Assembly: GCA_022703055.1 (NCBI GenBank)
Contig: JAKLEP010000001.1
Coordinates: 154,850-218,849, forward strand
Direction of reading: 5' to 3'
Length of the DNA stretch: 64,000 bases
Origin: Candidatus Omnitrophota bacterium
GTDB taxonomy: Bacteria > Omnitrophota > Gorgyraeia > VGKH01
Within the stretch, counting starts at the first letter, position 1, and each line of letters starts with the position of its first letter. Below are positions 1 to 8,670 of this stretch, piece after piece. A model generated the notes under the pieces. It was not told the DNA's origin. It searched no databases and saw nothing but the letters and a program-made list of their open reading frames with translations. The translations under genes and the position numbers were made by a program.

Positions 1-759
1 GGAGTCCTAATAAAAACTTTAGGCCTGTATGCATTGATGAGGATATTTTTTAATGTCCTGGGGGTAAGCGGGATTTATTTATCTGCGTTAATGTTTTTGG
101 GCGCTCTGTCAATAATCGTGGCTCTTGTGTTGGCCGTGGTGCAGTGGGATATAAAAAGGTTGTTGGCATATTCTACTATAAGCCAAATTGGTTATATAGT
201 CTTAGGAATTGGTCTTGGGACACCGCTCGGGATTCTCGGTGGATTATTTCATTTATTTAATCACTCGACGTCGAAATCATTGCTTTTCTTGAATGCAGGA
301 GCAGTAGATTATTCTATAAATACTCGCGATCTAAGGGAGATGTCGGGGTTGAAACAAAAAATGCCCGTGACCGCAAATACGAATTTGATCGGCTCAGTTG
401 CTATTTCCGGGATTCCTCCGTTTCACGGATTCTTCAGTAAGCTGATAATTGTCTTGGCTTGTATCCAAAGAGGATTTATCGGATACGCCTTGGCGGCAGT
501 TATAGGTTCATTATTGACGCTTAGCGCCGTGATGAAGATGCAACGGTATGCCTTTTTGGGAGAGCTAAAAGAACAATACAAAAATATCAAGGAAGTTCCG
601 TTCTTGATGAAATTCTCGATGTCATGCCTGGCGATTATTTGTATTGTTGGCGGGATTTTATTATTGCCCAATCTTAAATTTTTCTTGGACTCAGCCGTCA
701 ATGTTATTTTAGAGGGCAGAGACTATGGCCGGCTAGTCATGGAGGCATCTATAAGATGA
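1..759 (+). CDS. Antiporter-like polytopic membrane subunit (MnhD/MrpD, NuoN/MbhH family), 5' end cut by window edge
   Basis: Frame 1 is open from nt 1, before the listed ORF at 34. Sequence AYSTISQIGYIVLGIGLG...FHLFNHS..K is typical of Proton_antipo_M subunits. Followed by mnhE/F/G-like genes. Confidence 0.75.
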   Translation, partial: GVLIKTLGLYALMRIFFNVLGVSGIYLSALMFLGALSIIVALVLAVVQWDIKRLLAYSTISQIGYIVLGIGLGTPLGILGGLFHLFNHSTSKSLLFLNAGAVDYSINTRDLREMSGLKQKMPVTANTNLIGSVAISGIPPFHGFFSKLIIVLACIQRGFIGYALAAVIGSLLTLSAVMKMQRYAFLGELKEQYKNIKEVPFLMKFSMSCLAIICIVGGILLLPNLKFFLDSAVNVILEGRDYGRLVMEASIR

Positions 760-1250
760 AAAGTAGAATTTTATTATTCATAGTTAGCCTATTGGTTTGG
801 ATGCTCCTGACATGGCCTTTTGATGCGCAGTATCTTTTGGCCGGTATTTTTGTTGCCGCGTTAGTTTCATTCTTAGCCGGAGACATTTTTAGTCAAGGCC
901 CGCAGAGCGCCTTCCAGATAAAAAGATACTTCTGGTTTTTGTATTATATCTTGTTATTTTTCTGGGAGTTCCTGAAGGCTAATATTAATATTGCGATAAC
1001 TGTATTAAACCCGGGATTGGATATTAAACCCGGCATAGTGAAAGTTAAGACTTCGCTAAAATCTGATACCGCGCTTACTTTTCTGGCCAATTCGATTACG
1101 CTTGCTCAAAACGCGATAAGCGTAGATGTAAATGCGCAGGAGAAAACCCTGTATGTCCACTGGCTTAATGTTGCTACTCAGGATGCAGATAAGGCTACCG
1201 GCTTAATCGTCAAGAAGTTCGAGAAAGTCTTAAAAAGGATTTTTGAATGA
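756..1250 (+). CDS. mnhE: Monovalent cation/H+ antiporter subunit E-like (MnhE/MrpE)
   Basis: ATGA overlap with the upstream gene. N-terminal TM helices and FLANSITLAQNAISVDV..L.VHWLNV resemble the MnhE signature ANSITLTPGT...vH. Confidence 0.7.
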   Translation: MKSRILLFIVSLLVWMLLTWPFDAQYLLAGIFVAALVSFLAGDIFSQGPQSAFQIKRYFWFLYYILLFFWEFLKANINIAITVLNPGLDIKPGIVKVKTSLKSDTALTFLANSITLAQNAISVDVNAQEKTLYVHWLNVATQDADKATGLIVKKFEKVLKRIFE

Positions 1251-1618
1251 CCAAACACTCTAAATACATAACTTGGTTTTTGGGATTGCTTATTATATCG
1301 GCCATATTGTTTGTAATAAGTATTTATCCTATTGAATCAATGTTGAGGTGGCAGTCGCCATTTCTCTCAAGGTGTTTTTTCATAATTATGTTATGTTTTG
1401 CTTTTTGTCTGCTTCGGCTTATGCTTGGGCCTTCGGCGGCAGACCGGGCAATAGCCGCGGACATCATGGGCATTTTAATCGTAGGTTTCTGTGCGGTATT
1501 AAGCATACCGACGGGAAGAGATTGGTATATTGATATCGCTATTGCCTGGGCATTGCAGAGTTTTATCGGGGCTTTGGCCCTGGCGAAATTCTTAGAGGGG
1601 AAAGGATTCGATGATTGA
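1247..1618 (+). CDS. mnhF: Monovalent cation/H+ antiporter subunit F-like (MnhF/MrpF)
   Basis: Small 3-TM protein with GPSAADRAIAADIMGILIV motif. Overlapping stop/start with its neighbours. Confidence 0.68.
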   Translation: MTKHSKYITWFLGLLIISAILFVISIYPIESMLRWQSPFLSRCFFIIMLCFAFCLLRLMLGPSAADRAIAADIMGILIVGFCAVLSIPTGRDWYIDIAIAWALQSFIGALALAKFLEGKGFDD

Positions 1619-1937
1619 GCTTGCGGGATACGCATTCATAATATTAGGCCTTTGTTTTGATTTGATCGGATGCATTGCCATTGTCCGCCTGCCGGATGTC
1701 TATAGCCGTCTTTTGGCAGCCATTAAAAGCGTAGTCTTTGGGACTACCTGTATGCTTTTGGGCACTATTATTATTAAGGGCTTAAGCGCCACGGGAGTAA
1801 AAGCTTTCTTATGCATGATATTTATAATCATGACCGCTCCGTCAGCAGCTTCTGCTTTAGCTAGAGGCGCGCATGCCTCTGGAGCCAAGCTCTCCGAGGA
1901 AGGCGTTTGCGACAAATACGAGGATGACAAGAAATGA
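1611..1937 (+). CDS. mnhG: Monovalent cation/H+ antiporter subunit G-like (MnhG/MrpG)
   Basis: IGCIAIVRLPDVYSRLLAAIKS matches the MnhG RfPDvytRlHA-type motif. 3 TM helices. Confidence 0.72.
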   Translation: MIELAGYAFIILGLCFDLIGCIAIVRLPDVYSRLLAAIKSVVFGTTCMLLGTIIIKGLSATGVKAFLCMIFIIMTAPSAASALARGAHASGAKLSEEGVCDKYEDDKK

Positions 1938-2554
1938 AATTGCCCGGAATTCTGCAGTTTAGAATCTTGAAGGAGGCGTTAAAGGCGGTATTTTGCGGGC
2001 CTTATACTTCGGGGTATCCTTTTAAGCCGCATGTGCCGGCAGAGCGTTTCCGCGGTAGGCCGGAATATTATGAAAAAGATTGTATGGGTTGTTCTGCTTG
2101 CGCTCAAGTGTGTCCCGCAGGGGCCATAACCTTTAAGGATGAGATAAAAGACGGCAAGGCCGTCCGCAAATTCGTATTAAGGTACGATATATGTATTTTC
2201 TGCGGCCAATGCCAGGCGAATTGTCCGACGGAGAAAGGCATAAAGTTAACCCGGGAATTCGATATGGCCACTACCGGCAAGAGAAAGGATTTATTTACAA
2301 CAGTTGAGAAGGAATTGATGTTATGCGAATGTTGCAAAGAGATTATTGCTCCCAAAGACCAGATTGTGTGGGTTGCCAAGCGGCTCGGGCCATTAACCTT
2401 CTCAAACGCAAGCCTCATGTTATTTTATTTGAAGCAGCTATCACTCTCGAGTTCCCAACCTATGCCATCCTTAAAAGAAAATCAGCTATACCGCGCTGAT
2501 CGCGTTCGCGTATTATGTCCGAAATGCCGGCGCGAAGCCATCCTAAAATCTTAA
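1934..2554 (+). CDS. 2x[4Fe-4S] ferredoxin-type subunit (NuoI/MbhN/HycF-like) with C-terminal Cys4 extension
   Basis: Two CxxCxxCxxxCP motifs (CMGCSACAQVCP, CIFCGQCQANCP). Extra CECC...CPKC pair at the C-terminus. Sits between the Mrp-like genes and a hydrogenase protease. Confidence 0.75.
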   Translation: MKLPGILQFRILKEALKAVFCGPYTSGYPFKPHVPAERFRGRPEYYEKDCMGCSACAQVCPAGAITFKDEIKDGKAVRKFVLRYDICIFCGQCQANCPTEKGIKLTREFDMATTGKRKDLFTTVEKELMLCECCKEIIAPKDQIVWVAKRLGPLTFSNASLMLFYLKQLSLSSSQPMPSLKENQLYRADRVRVLCPKCRREAILKS

Positions 2555-2560
2555 AATTAA

Positions 2561-2588
2561 TCGACAAACCTATAAATTGTGCTAAAAT
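2561..2588 (+). promoter_or_regulatory. Candidate sigma70 promoter with extended -10
   Basis: TCGACA (2561-2566), 16-nt spacer, then TGcTAAAAT (TG 2580-2581, -10 at 2583-2588), 26 nt before the ATG at 2614. Confidence 0.4.
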
Positions 2589-2613
2589 AAATACAAATTA
2601 ACCATTTTTATAT

Positions 2614-3093
2614 ATGATTAGCACTATCGAGAAGAATCTAGGAGAAGCCTTAAAAGGAAAAGTAATTATTTTAGGAATCGGCAATCCTTTAAGAAAAGAC
2701 GATGGTTTTGGTTCTTTGTTAGCGGTGAGGCTACAGGGTAAGGTTTCCGCTTTAGTTATAGACGCCAAGAGCACTCCCGAAAATCATCTAAATAAAATAA
2801 TAGAAGAAGCCCCTGATACGATTTTAATCTTGGATGCAGCTGATTTTAAAGGTAATCCTGCAGAAATGCGGGTCCTCGACCCGCGCGAGGCTTCAAATTT
2901 ACAATATTTTTCTACGCATAATTTGCCTTTAAATTTGATTGTCGAATTCTTGGAGCATAATTGCCAGGCCAATATAGTGTTTCTTGCTTTGCAGCCGAAA
3001 TCTATCGGTTTCGGAGAAGATGTAAGTCCGGAAGTAATAGAGAAAATCAGGATTTGTGAAGAGCTGTTAAAGAAGTTTCTGCCTAATAATTAA
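2614..3093 (+). CDS. [NiFe]-hydrogenase maturation endopeptidase (HycI/HyaD family)
   Basis: N-terminal ILGIGNPLRKDDGFG motif and about 160 aa size are typical of this family. Confidence 0.75.
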   Translation: MISTIEKNLGEALKGKVIILGIGNPLRKDDGFGSLLAVRLQGKVSALVIDAKSTPENHLNKIIEEAPDTILILDAADFKGNPAEMRVLDPREASNLQYFSTHNLPLNLIVEFLEHNCQANIVFLALQPKSIGFGEDVSPEVIEKIRICEELLKKFLPNN

Positions 3094-3107
3094 AAGGGGA
3101 GAAAGCC

Positions 3108-3506
3108 ATGATTAAAAGTAATTATATTAAATTCATTAGTTTATTTATAATTCCTTTCTTAGGGCTTTATATTTGCGGATGCGCAGCGTTTGTGGTCGGC
3201 GGTGCTGTGGGATTATTAGGCGGATATGCCATCAGCAGAGATACGATTCAAGGCGAAACCGAAAAAGGCTACGATTCTTTATGGAATGCAGCTTCCACGG
3301 TTTTAAACAGCATGGGAGCCAGTGAAATAGATGACAGTAACAGAGGAATTGTCAGGGCCAGAATAGGGAAAAGCAAGGTTTATATCACGATGGAACAATT
3401 AACGCCGCATTCGGTAAGGCTAAGGGTAAAATGCCGCAAGAATGTGATGCCTGATTTGACATTATCCCAGAAATTATACGTGCGAATAATAGAGCAGGCC
3501 GAGTAG
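3108..3506 (+). CDS. Hypothetical lipoprotein
   Basis: Signal peptide ending in the lipobox-like LYICGC. SD GGGGAG upstream. No catalytic motif recognised. Confidence 0.5.
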   Translation: MIKSNYIKFISLFIIPFLGLYICGCAAFVVGGAVGLLGGYAISRDTIQGETEKGYDSLWNAASTVLNSMGASEIDDSNRGIVRARIGKSKVYITMEQLTPHSVRLRVKCRKNVMPDLTLSQKLYVRIIEQAE

Positions 3507-3578
3507 CAGGGCAAGCTTTTTAGATTTCGCCTCGCCCCAAGATAAAAATATCCCCAGATACATGAATTCTCTAATGTG

Positions 3579-3606
3579 TTGACAGTTTTTTAATGTTTGG
3601 TAGAAT
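3579..3606 (+). promoter_or_regulatory. Candidate sigma70 promoter for the tRNA locus
   Basis: TTGACA (3579-3584), 16-nt spacer, TAGAAT (3601-3606), 33 nt upstream of tRNA-Phe. Confidence 0.55.
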
Positions 3607-3638
3607 ATTGCTTAACCGATTTTAGCACCAAGTTTAAT

Positions 3639-3714
3639 GCCGAGATAGCTCAGGTAGTAGAGCGCGGGCCTGAAAAGCCCGGCGTCGCCAGTGCAAGTCT
3701 GGCTCTCGGCACCA
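3639..3714 (+). tRNA. tRNA-Phe (GAA), CCA encoded, atypical T-loop
   Basis: Hand-folded cloverleaf: GCCGAGA/TCTCGGC acceptor, GCTC/GAGC D-stem, CGGGC/GCCCG anticodon stem, loop CTGAAAA, GCCAG/CTGGC T-stem. T-loop reads TGCAAGT. Confidence 0.85.
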
Positions 3715-3734
3715 TTCTTTTTTGAGCTATACTT

Positions 3735-3780
3735 GCCGAGATGGCTCAGTTGTTAGAGCAGCGGTTTCGCCCCTCGGCAA
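3735..3780 (+). pseudogene. tRNA-like fragment: acceptor and D-arm resembling tRNA-Phe, no anticodon or T arm
   Basis: GCCGAGATGGCTCAGTTGTTAGAGC parallels the 5' half of the tRNA-Phe at 3639, then closes directly with CTCGGCA. No cloverleaf can be completed. Confidence 0.4.
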
Positions 3781-3798
3781 TCAAATGATTAATTTTTA

Positions 3799-3828
3799 CC
3801 TCGGGATTCCTCGCCGAGTGTCCCGAGG
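3799..3828 (+). other. Perfect 8-bp GC-rich hairpin
   Basis: CCTCGGGA (3799-3806) pairs with TCCCGAGG (3821-3828) around a 14-nt loop that contains another GCCGAG copy. Confidence 0.5.
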
Positions 3829-3846
3829 CTGATATAATAACTTTGC

Positions 3847-3919
3847 GCTGGCGTAGCTCAGTTGGTAGAGCAGGGCTTTCGTAAAGCTCAGGTCGGAGGT
3901 TCAATCCCTCTCGCCAGCT
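3847..3919 (+). tRNA. tRNA-Thr (CGU), no encoded CCA
   Basis: GCTGGCG/CGCCAGC acceptor, GCTC/GAGC D-stem, anticodon loop TTCGTAA, GGAGG-TTCAATC-CCTCT T-arm. Confidence 0.9.
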
Positions 3920-3933
3920 TTATTGTGAGTATG

Positions 3934-3979
3934 GCGAGGGATAAATCGCAGGTCGTGGGTTCGATTCCCCCCGCCGGCT
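3934..3979 (+). pseudogene. Orphan tRNA 3' half (variable loop, T-arm, 3' acceptor strand)
   Basis: AGGTC-GTGGG-TTCGATT-CCCCC-CGCCGGC-T is a canonical tRNA 3' portion. No matching GCCGGCG 5' strand or D-arm lies upstream. It sits 15 nt after tRNA-Thr. Confidence 0.4.
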
Positions 3980-4016
3980 TTATTTTGAATTATTTCGGTA
4001 TCTCCAACCTAAAAAC

Positions 4017-5282
4017 ATGAGCAGATTTAGAGAAATATTAAAAAATAAGAATTTTTCTTTATTATTCGTAGGTCAGATTGTCTCGCAGTTCGGAGACAGG
4101 ATCATTCAGATGGCCCTAATCGCGCTTGTCTATGCGGTTGCCCCGGGCTCAACCTTCCAATTGGCTAAAATAATTTCTTTTACCATAATCCCGGTTTTCC
4201 TTATTGGTCCGGTGGCCGGGGTGTATGTCGATAGGTGGGATCGCCGAAAAACCATGCTTATTAGCGATCTATCGAAGACGATTTTAATGTTCATAATACC
4301 TTTAGTCTTTATGTCTATGGATTCTTTGATTTTAATCTACATAGTAATATTTTTGGTCTTTTGCATCAGCCGGTTTTATGTGCCGGCCAAACTTTCAATA
4401 ATCCCCGACCTTGTCCAAGAGAAACAATTATTAATCGCCAATTCCCTGGCCAATATGACCGGCATGGTTGCCGCAGCATTAGGTTTTGGCTTGGGAGGGA
4501 TTCTCGTTGATTCTTGGGGCGCAAAAGGCGGATTTTATTTATCTGCCGGATCATTTTTATTTTCCGCGCTAACCATCCTTTTAATTGGCACAAAGATAAT
4601 GGGTCATATCAAGAAAAACGAGATTTTCGAATTAGGCAAAGAGGTAATGGAGGTTATCAGAAAATCAGTGGTTGCCGAGATTAAGGATGGGGTATTATAT
4701 TTAGTGAATCAAAAGGAGATAAGCTTTATTGTTAAGATTTTATTCTTATTATGGTCGGCGTTAGGCGCTATTTATGTAGTCTCGATCGTCTTTGTCCAGC
4801 ATGCCCTGGGTACGGTGACAAAAGACCTGGGACTTTTGATAATGTTTTTAGGCTTGGGGCTGTTTGTAGGCTCTTTAGTCTATGGTAGGCTGGGACATAA
4901 GATTTCTCATTTAAAAATTATATTCTTTTGTTTTACATTAAGCGGAATTGTGTTAAACTCTTTTGTTGTTGTTTTAACAGCCTACCCGGTTTTTATTATC
5001 GCTGCAATTTTAGCTTTTATTTTCGGCTTGGTTGTTTCTCCGATCATGGCAGCGGTCAATACCCTGGTCCATGAGGCGAGCACAAGCTCGATGAGGGGCA
5101 AGGTTTTTAGCTCTTTAGAGATAGTCATGCATTTTGCGTTCTTGCTTTTTATGTTGATAAGTTCCAAACTCGCCGATGTAGTTGGTGAGTCTAGGTTTTT
5201 ATTATATTTAGGAATCGTAATAATTGTTGTTGGAATAATCGGTATCATAAAGTATTCTTTTGTAAATAAAGTTAATATATGA
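4017..5282 (+). CDS. MFS transporter
   Basis: About 12 predicted TM segments. N-terminus NFSLLFVGQIVSQFGDRI and DRWDRRK loop are typical of MFS_3-type exporters. ATGA overlap into rnfC. Confidence 0.75.
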   Translation: MSRFREILKNKNFSLLFVGQIVSQFGDRIIQMALIALVYAVAPGSTFQLAKIISFTIIPVFLIGPVAGVYVDRWDRRKTMLISDLSKTILMFIIPLVFMSMDSLILIYIVIFLVFCISRFYVPAKLSIIPDLVQEKQLLIANSLANMTGMVAAALGFGLGGILVDSWGAKGGFYLSAGSFLFSALTILLIGTKIMGHIKKNEIFELGKEVMEVIRKSVVAEIKDGVLYLVNQKEISFIVKILFLLWSALGAIYVVSIVFVQHALGTVTKDLGLLIMFLGLGLFVGSLVYGRLGHKISHLKIIFFCFTLSGIVLNSFVVVLTAYPVFIIAAILAFIFGLVVSPIMAAVNTLVHEASTSSMRGKVFSSLEIVMHFAFLLFMLISSKLADVVGESRFLLYLGIVIIVVGIIGIIKYSFVNKVNI

Positions 5283-6559
5283 TTAAGCTTAGAGAGAGCA
5301 AAGAGGCTACTTTCCATAAGCCAACAAAAAAGGCGAAGCTGCCGACAAGGGTCATAATCCCTTTAAGCCAGCATTTTGGGGCTATTTGTGAGCCTATGGT
5401 TAAAATAGGGGACCAGGTTAAGGCTGGTCAGCTCATCGGCAGTTTAGACAAGGGTTTGTTTTCTCCTATTCATGCTTCCATATCAGGAACAGTATCAGCA
5501 ATCCAAGATTATCCTCATCCTTCACTTGGCAGAGTCAAGGCAGTGGTCATTGATAACGATGGCGCTGACTCAAAAACAGAACAGAGACCAAGAACCGAAC
5601 AAGAAGTCGCAAGCCTTTCTGTAGAACATTTGCGAAAAATAATCTTTGATGCCGGAATCGTAGGTTTAGGCGGAGCGGCATTTCCTGCCCATGTAAAATT
5701 ATCACCTCCCAAAAAAATCGATTCTTTTATCTTAAATGGCGCGGAGTGCGAGCCATATCTGACCAATGATTTTGCGCTTATGAAAGAGAAGGCCAGGGAG
5801 ATTATCCAGGGCGCCAAGATTGTGTTAAAAATCTTAGGTAATCCGCAAGGTTATATCGCCATTGAAAACAACAAGCCGGAAGCGATAAAGATAATGCGTG
5901 AGGCGATTAAGGATACAAATTTTACATTAAAGGTTTTAAATTCAAGCTATCCTCAGGGCGGAGAAAAACAGCTGACCAAATCGGTATTAAACCGCGAGGT
6001 TCCCTCGGGCGGGCTCCCCTTTGATATCGGAGTCGTAGTGCATAATGTGGGCACCGTATATGCTATTTATGAAGCAATCTATAAATCCAAACCGCTTTAT
6101 GAAAAAGTGGTTACTTTGACTGGAAGTTGTCTTTCTAACCCCCAGAATCTTTTGGTAAGAATCGGAACCACCATTAGGGATTTATTGGAGGATTGTGGAC
6201 CTTTTAAAAATGAGCCGGCAAAAATCGTTTTCGGCGGCCCGATGATGGGAATCGCCCAATATACCTTAGATGTCCCTGTGATAAAAAGCACTACTGGAAT
6301 TATATTTTTCTCTAAAGATGAGCTTTCCAACAGGGAAGACCGCGTCTGCTGCCGTTGCGGCCGCTGCGTGGATGTCTGTCCAGCAAGAATTATGCCGGCA
6401 TTTATCACTATGGCGGCAGAGCAAGATAAATTTACCATAGCCAAAGATTATGACATTATGGATTGTATTGAGTGCGGACTCTGCAGCTATGTCTGTCCGG
6501 CTCGCAGGGATTTAGTAGGTTTGATAAAATATGCCAAATCAAGACTTAAAGCTAAATAA
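5279..6559 (+). CDS. rnfC: Rnf complex subunit C
   Basis: GGAAFPAHVKL and NGAECEPYLTND motifs plus two ferredoxin motifs (CCRCGRCVDVCP, CIECGLCSYVCP). First gene of the rnfCDGEAB order. Confidence 0.9.
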   Translation: MIKLRESKEATFHKPTKKAKLPTRVIIPLSQHFGAICEPMVKIGDQVKAGQLIGSLDKGLFSPIHASISGTVSAIQDYPHPSLGRVKAVVIDNDGADSKTEQRPRTEQEVASLSVEHLRKIIFDAGIVGLGGAAFPAHVKLSPPKKIDSFILNGAECEPYLTNDFALMKEKAREIIQGAKIVLKILGNPQGYIAIENNKPEAIKIMREAIKDTNFTLKVLNSSYPQGGEKQLTKSVLNREVPSGGLPFDIGVVVHNVGTVYAIYEAIYKSKPLYEKVVTLTGSCLSNPQNLLVRIGTTIRDLLEDCGPFKNEPAKIVFGGPMMGIAQYTLDVPVIKSTTGIIFFSKDELSNREDRVCCRCGRCVDVCPARIMPAFITMAAEQDKFTIAKDYDIMDCIECGLCSYVCPARRDLVGLIKYAKSRLKAK

Positions 6560-7514
6560 CTTAGTCGTTTCTTCCGGACCGCATATCCAGGTTGAAGGCG
6601 ACCATATCATAAAAAGGATGTGGGCGACGCTTATCGCGCTTATTCCAGCGGGAATTGCCGGAGTTTATATTTTTGGCCTGTATTCATTAAATGTAATCGC
6701 GGTATCGGTCATTACTGCAGTAATATGCGAATCAGCATTTCAGAAGATATTCCGCAAGAAGAATACTATTTTAGACGGCAGCGCCATTATCACCGGACTT
6801 TTATTAGCCTATAACCTTCCGCCGAGTGCGCCGCTTTGGATGGCTGCCTTGGGAAGTTTTTTTGCCGTCGTGGTAGGAAAACAGTTATTTGGGGGTTTAG
6901 GATTTAATATTTTTAATCCGGCTTTAGTAGGTCGGGCATTCTTGATGGCATCCTGGCCAAAATATATGACTTATTGGAGCAATCCCCGTTGGCAGATCGA
7001 TGCAGTGACTACCGCAACTCCGCTTGGAATTGTAAAAGAGAAATTATCTTATCAACTTCCGACTTATTGGGATTTGTTTATAGGCAACCGCGGCGGTTGT
7101 ATCGGAGAAGTTTGTATCATAGCTTTGCTCATCGGCGGTGTTTATCTGCTTTATAAACGCTATATTTCCTGGCAGATACCGGTTTATTATTTATTGACGG
7201 TGGCGATCTTGAGTTTTGTCCTGATGGGAAATAAACTGTTTTCAGGAGATGTTTTATTTGCGTTATTATCCGGCGGACTCGTGCTAGGCGCGTTTTTTAT
7301 GGCAACAGATTATGTCTCAGCACCAATATCTATCAAAGGAAAGACAATTTTTGCCGTCGGCTGCGGTTTGCTTACCGTAGTTATCAGAAAATGGGGAGGA
7401 TATCCCGAAGGCGTTTCTTATGCGATTCTTATGATGAATGCCGCCACGCCGATTATTGACCGTTTTGCCAGGCCCAGAAAATACGGAGCACTGAAAAAAA
7501 GAGGTGCCAAATGA
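6531..7514 (+). CDS. rnfD: Rnf complex subunit D
   Basis: N-terminal VSSGPH motif, polytopic, MATDYVSAP FMN-attachment region. Confidence 0.88.
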   Translation: MPNQDLKLNNLVVSSGPHIQVEGDHIIKRMWATLIALIPAGIAGVYIFGLYSLNVIAVSVITAVICESAFQKIFRKKNTILDGSAIITGLLLAYNLPPSAPLWMAALGSFFAVVVGKQLFGGLGFNIFNPALVGRAFLMASWPKYMTYWSNPRWQIDAVTTATPLGIVKEKLSYQLPTYWDLFIGNRGGCIGEVCIIALLIGGVYLLYKRYISWQIPVYYLLTVAILSFVLMGNKLFSGDVLFALLSGGLVLGAFFMATDYVSAPISIKGKTIFAVGCGLLTVVIRKWGGYPEGVSYAILMMNAATPIIDRFARPRKYGALKKRGAK

Positions 7515-8038
7515 TAAGATACGGATTGATTTTATTGCTTATTTGTTTTTGCGCTGCCTTGGTATTAAGCGTAACCTATAAATTCACCCATACTCGTATT
7601 GAAGCCCAGGCGATCACTGAAGAGAAGGCTGCTTTGGATGTGGTTTATCCCCAGGCATCTGATTTTAGTGAAGAAAAATTAGGAGATGAAACCTATTACG
7701 CGGCAAAAAAAGACAATAAACTCATTGGTTATATTATTAGAGCTAAAACCAGGGGATACTCCAGCACTATCAATATGCTTGTCGGTTTTGATCCCAAGGG
7801 AGAAATCAAAGGGATAAAGATTCTTTCGCAGGAAGAAACTCCGGGATTGGGCGCAAAGATTAACGAGGTGCGTTTCGGAGACAGCAAGCCCTGGTTTTTA
7901 AATCAGTTTGAAGGCAAAAAAGCTCAAGAGTTGGATTTAAAGAGTATCCAGGCAATTACCGGGGCAACGATTAGTTCCAGCGCCGTCATTGATGGCGTCA
8001 GAGATTCAGCTAAAGATTTTATTTCTAAAATAAAATAA
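7511..8038 (+). CDS. rnfG: Rnf complex subunit G (FMN-binding)
   Basis: Single N-terminal TM helix, ETPGLG and TGATISS FMN-binding motifs. Confidence 0.88.
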   Translation: MIRYGLILLLICFCAALVLSVTYKFTHTRIEAQAITEEKAALDVVYPQASDFSEEKLGDETYYAAKKDNKLIGYIIRAKTRGYSSTINMLVGFDPKGEIKGIKILSQEETPGLGAKINEVRFGDSKPWFLNQFEGKKAQELDLKSIQAITGATISSSAVIDGVRDSAKDFISKIK

Positions 8039-8670
8039 TGAAGAGATTGTTTAACGAGTTTAAAAAAGGCATTACCATTGAGAATCCGACCTTCGGTTTG
8101 GTCCTGGGACTTTGTCCGACGCTGGCAGTTTCAACTACCGTAGTCAACGCCATCGGCATGGGGATAGCGGCGACATTTGTATTGCTCGGTTCGAATATTT
8201 TTATTTCTTCTTTGAGGAATTTTATTCCCGGTAGAATCAGGATTCCCTGCTACATTGTTATTATTGCGACATTCGTTACTATTAACGAAATGGTGATGAA
8301 GGCATATTTTCCGGCGCTTAATCGTTCGCTAGGAATTTTCGTGCCTTTAATAGTGGTTAACTGTATTGTTTTGGGCCGCGCCGAGGCATTTGCTTGTAAA
8401 CGTCCGGTGCTTGATGCGATTTTTGATGCTTTAGGCATGGGCGTAGGTTTTACCATTGCTTTAATCATTATCGCCGCTATAAGAGAATCGTTGGGTAATG
8501 GTACGATACTAGGAATTCCTTTGGTAAAAGGTTTTGAACCGGCGACAATGATGATCTTAGCTCCGGGCGCTCTGCTTACTATTGGAATTTTAATCGGGAT
8601 TATTAATTTTGCGCATATCCAACAAAAAACTCGTAGAGAAATAACCAAGGAAAGATTCGATGGACGCTAG
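8038..8670 (+). CDS. rnfE: Rnf complex subunit E
   Basis: NPTFGLVLGLCPTLAVS and PLIVVNCIVLGRAEAF motifs are typical of RnfE/NqrD. Confidence 0.88.
   Translation: MKRLFNEFKKGITIENPTFGLVLGLCPTLAVSTTVVNAIGMGIAATFVLLGSNIFISSLRNFIPGRIRIPCYIVIIATFVTINEMVMKAYFPALNRSLGIFVPLIVVNCIVLGRAEAFACKRPVLDAIFDALGMGVGFTIALIIIAAIRESLGNGTILGIPLVKGFEPATMMILAPGALLTIGILIGIINFAHIQQKTRREITKERFDGR

Noticed and set aside
3735-3979. Idea that the 5'-half-like (3735-3780) and 3'-half-like (3934-3979) pieces are a split tRNA gene
   Set aside because: Their acceptor strands are not complementary (GCCGAGA versus CGCCGGC). No anticodon arm can be assembled, and an intact tRNA-Thr lies between them.
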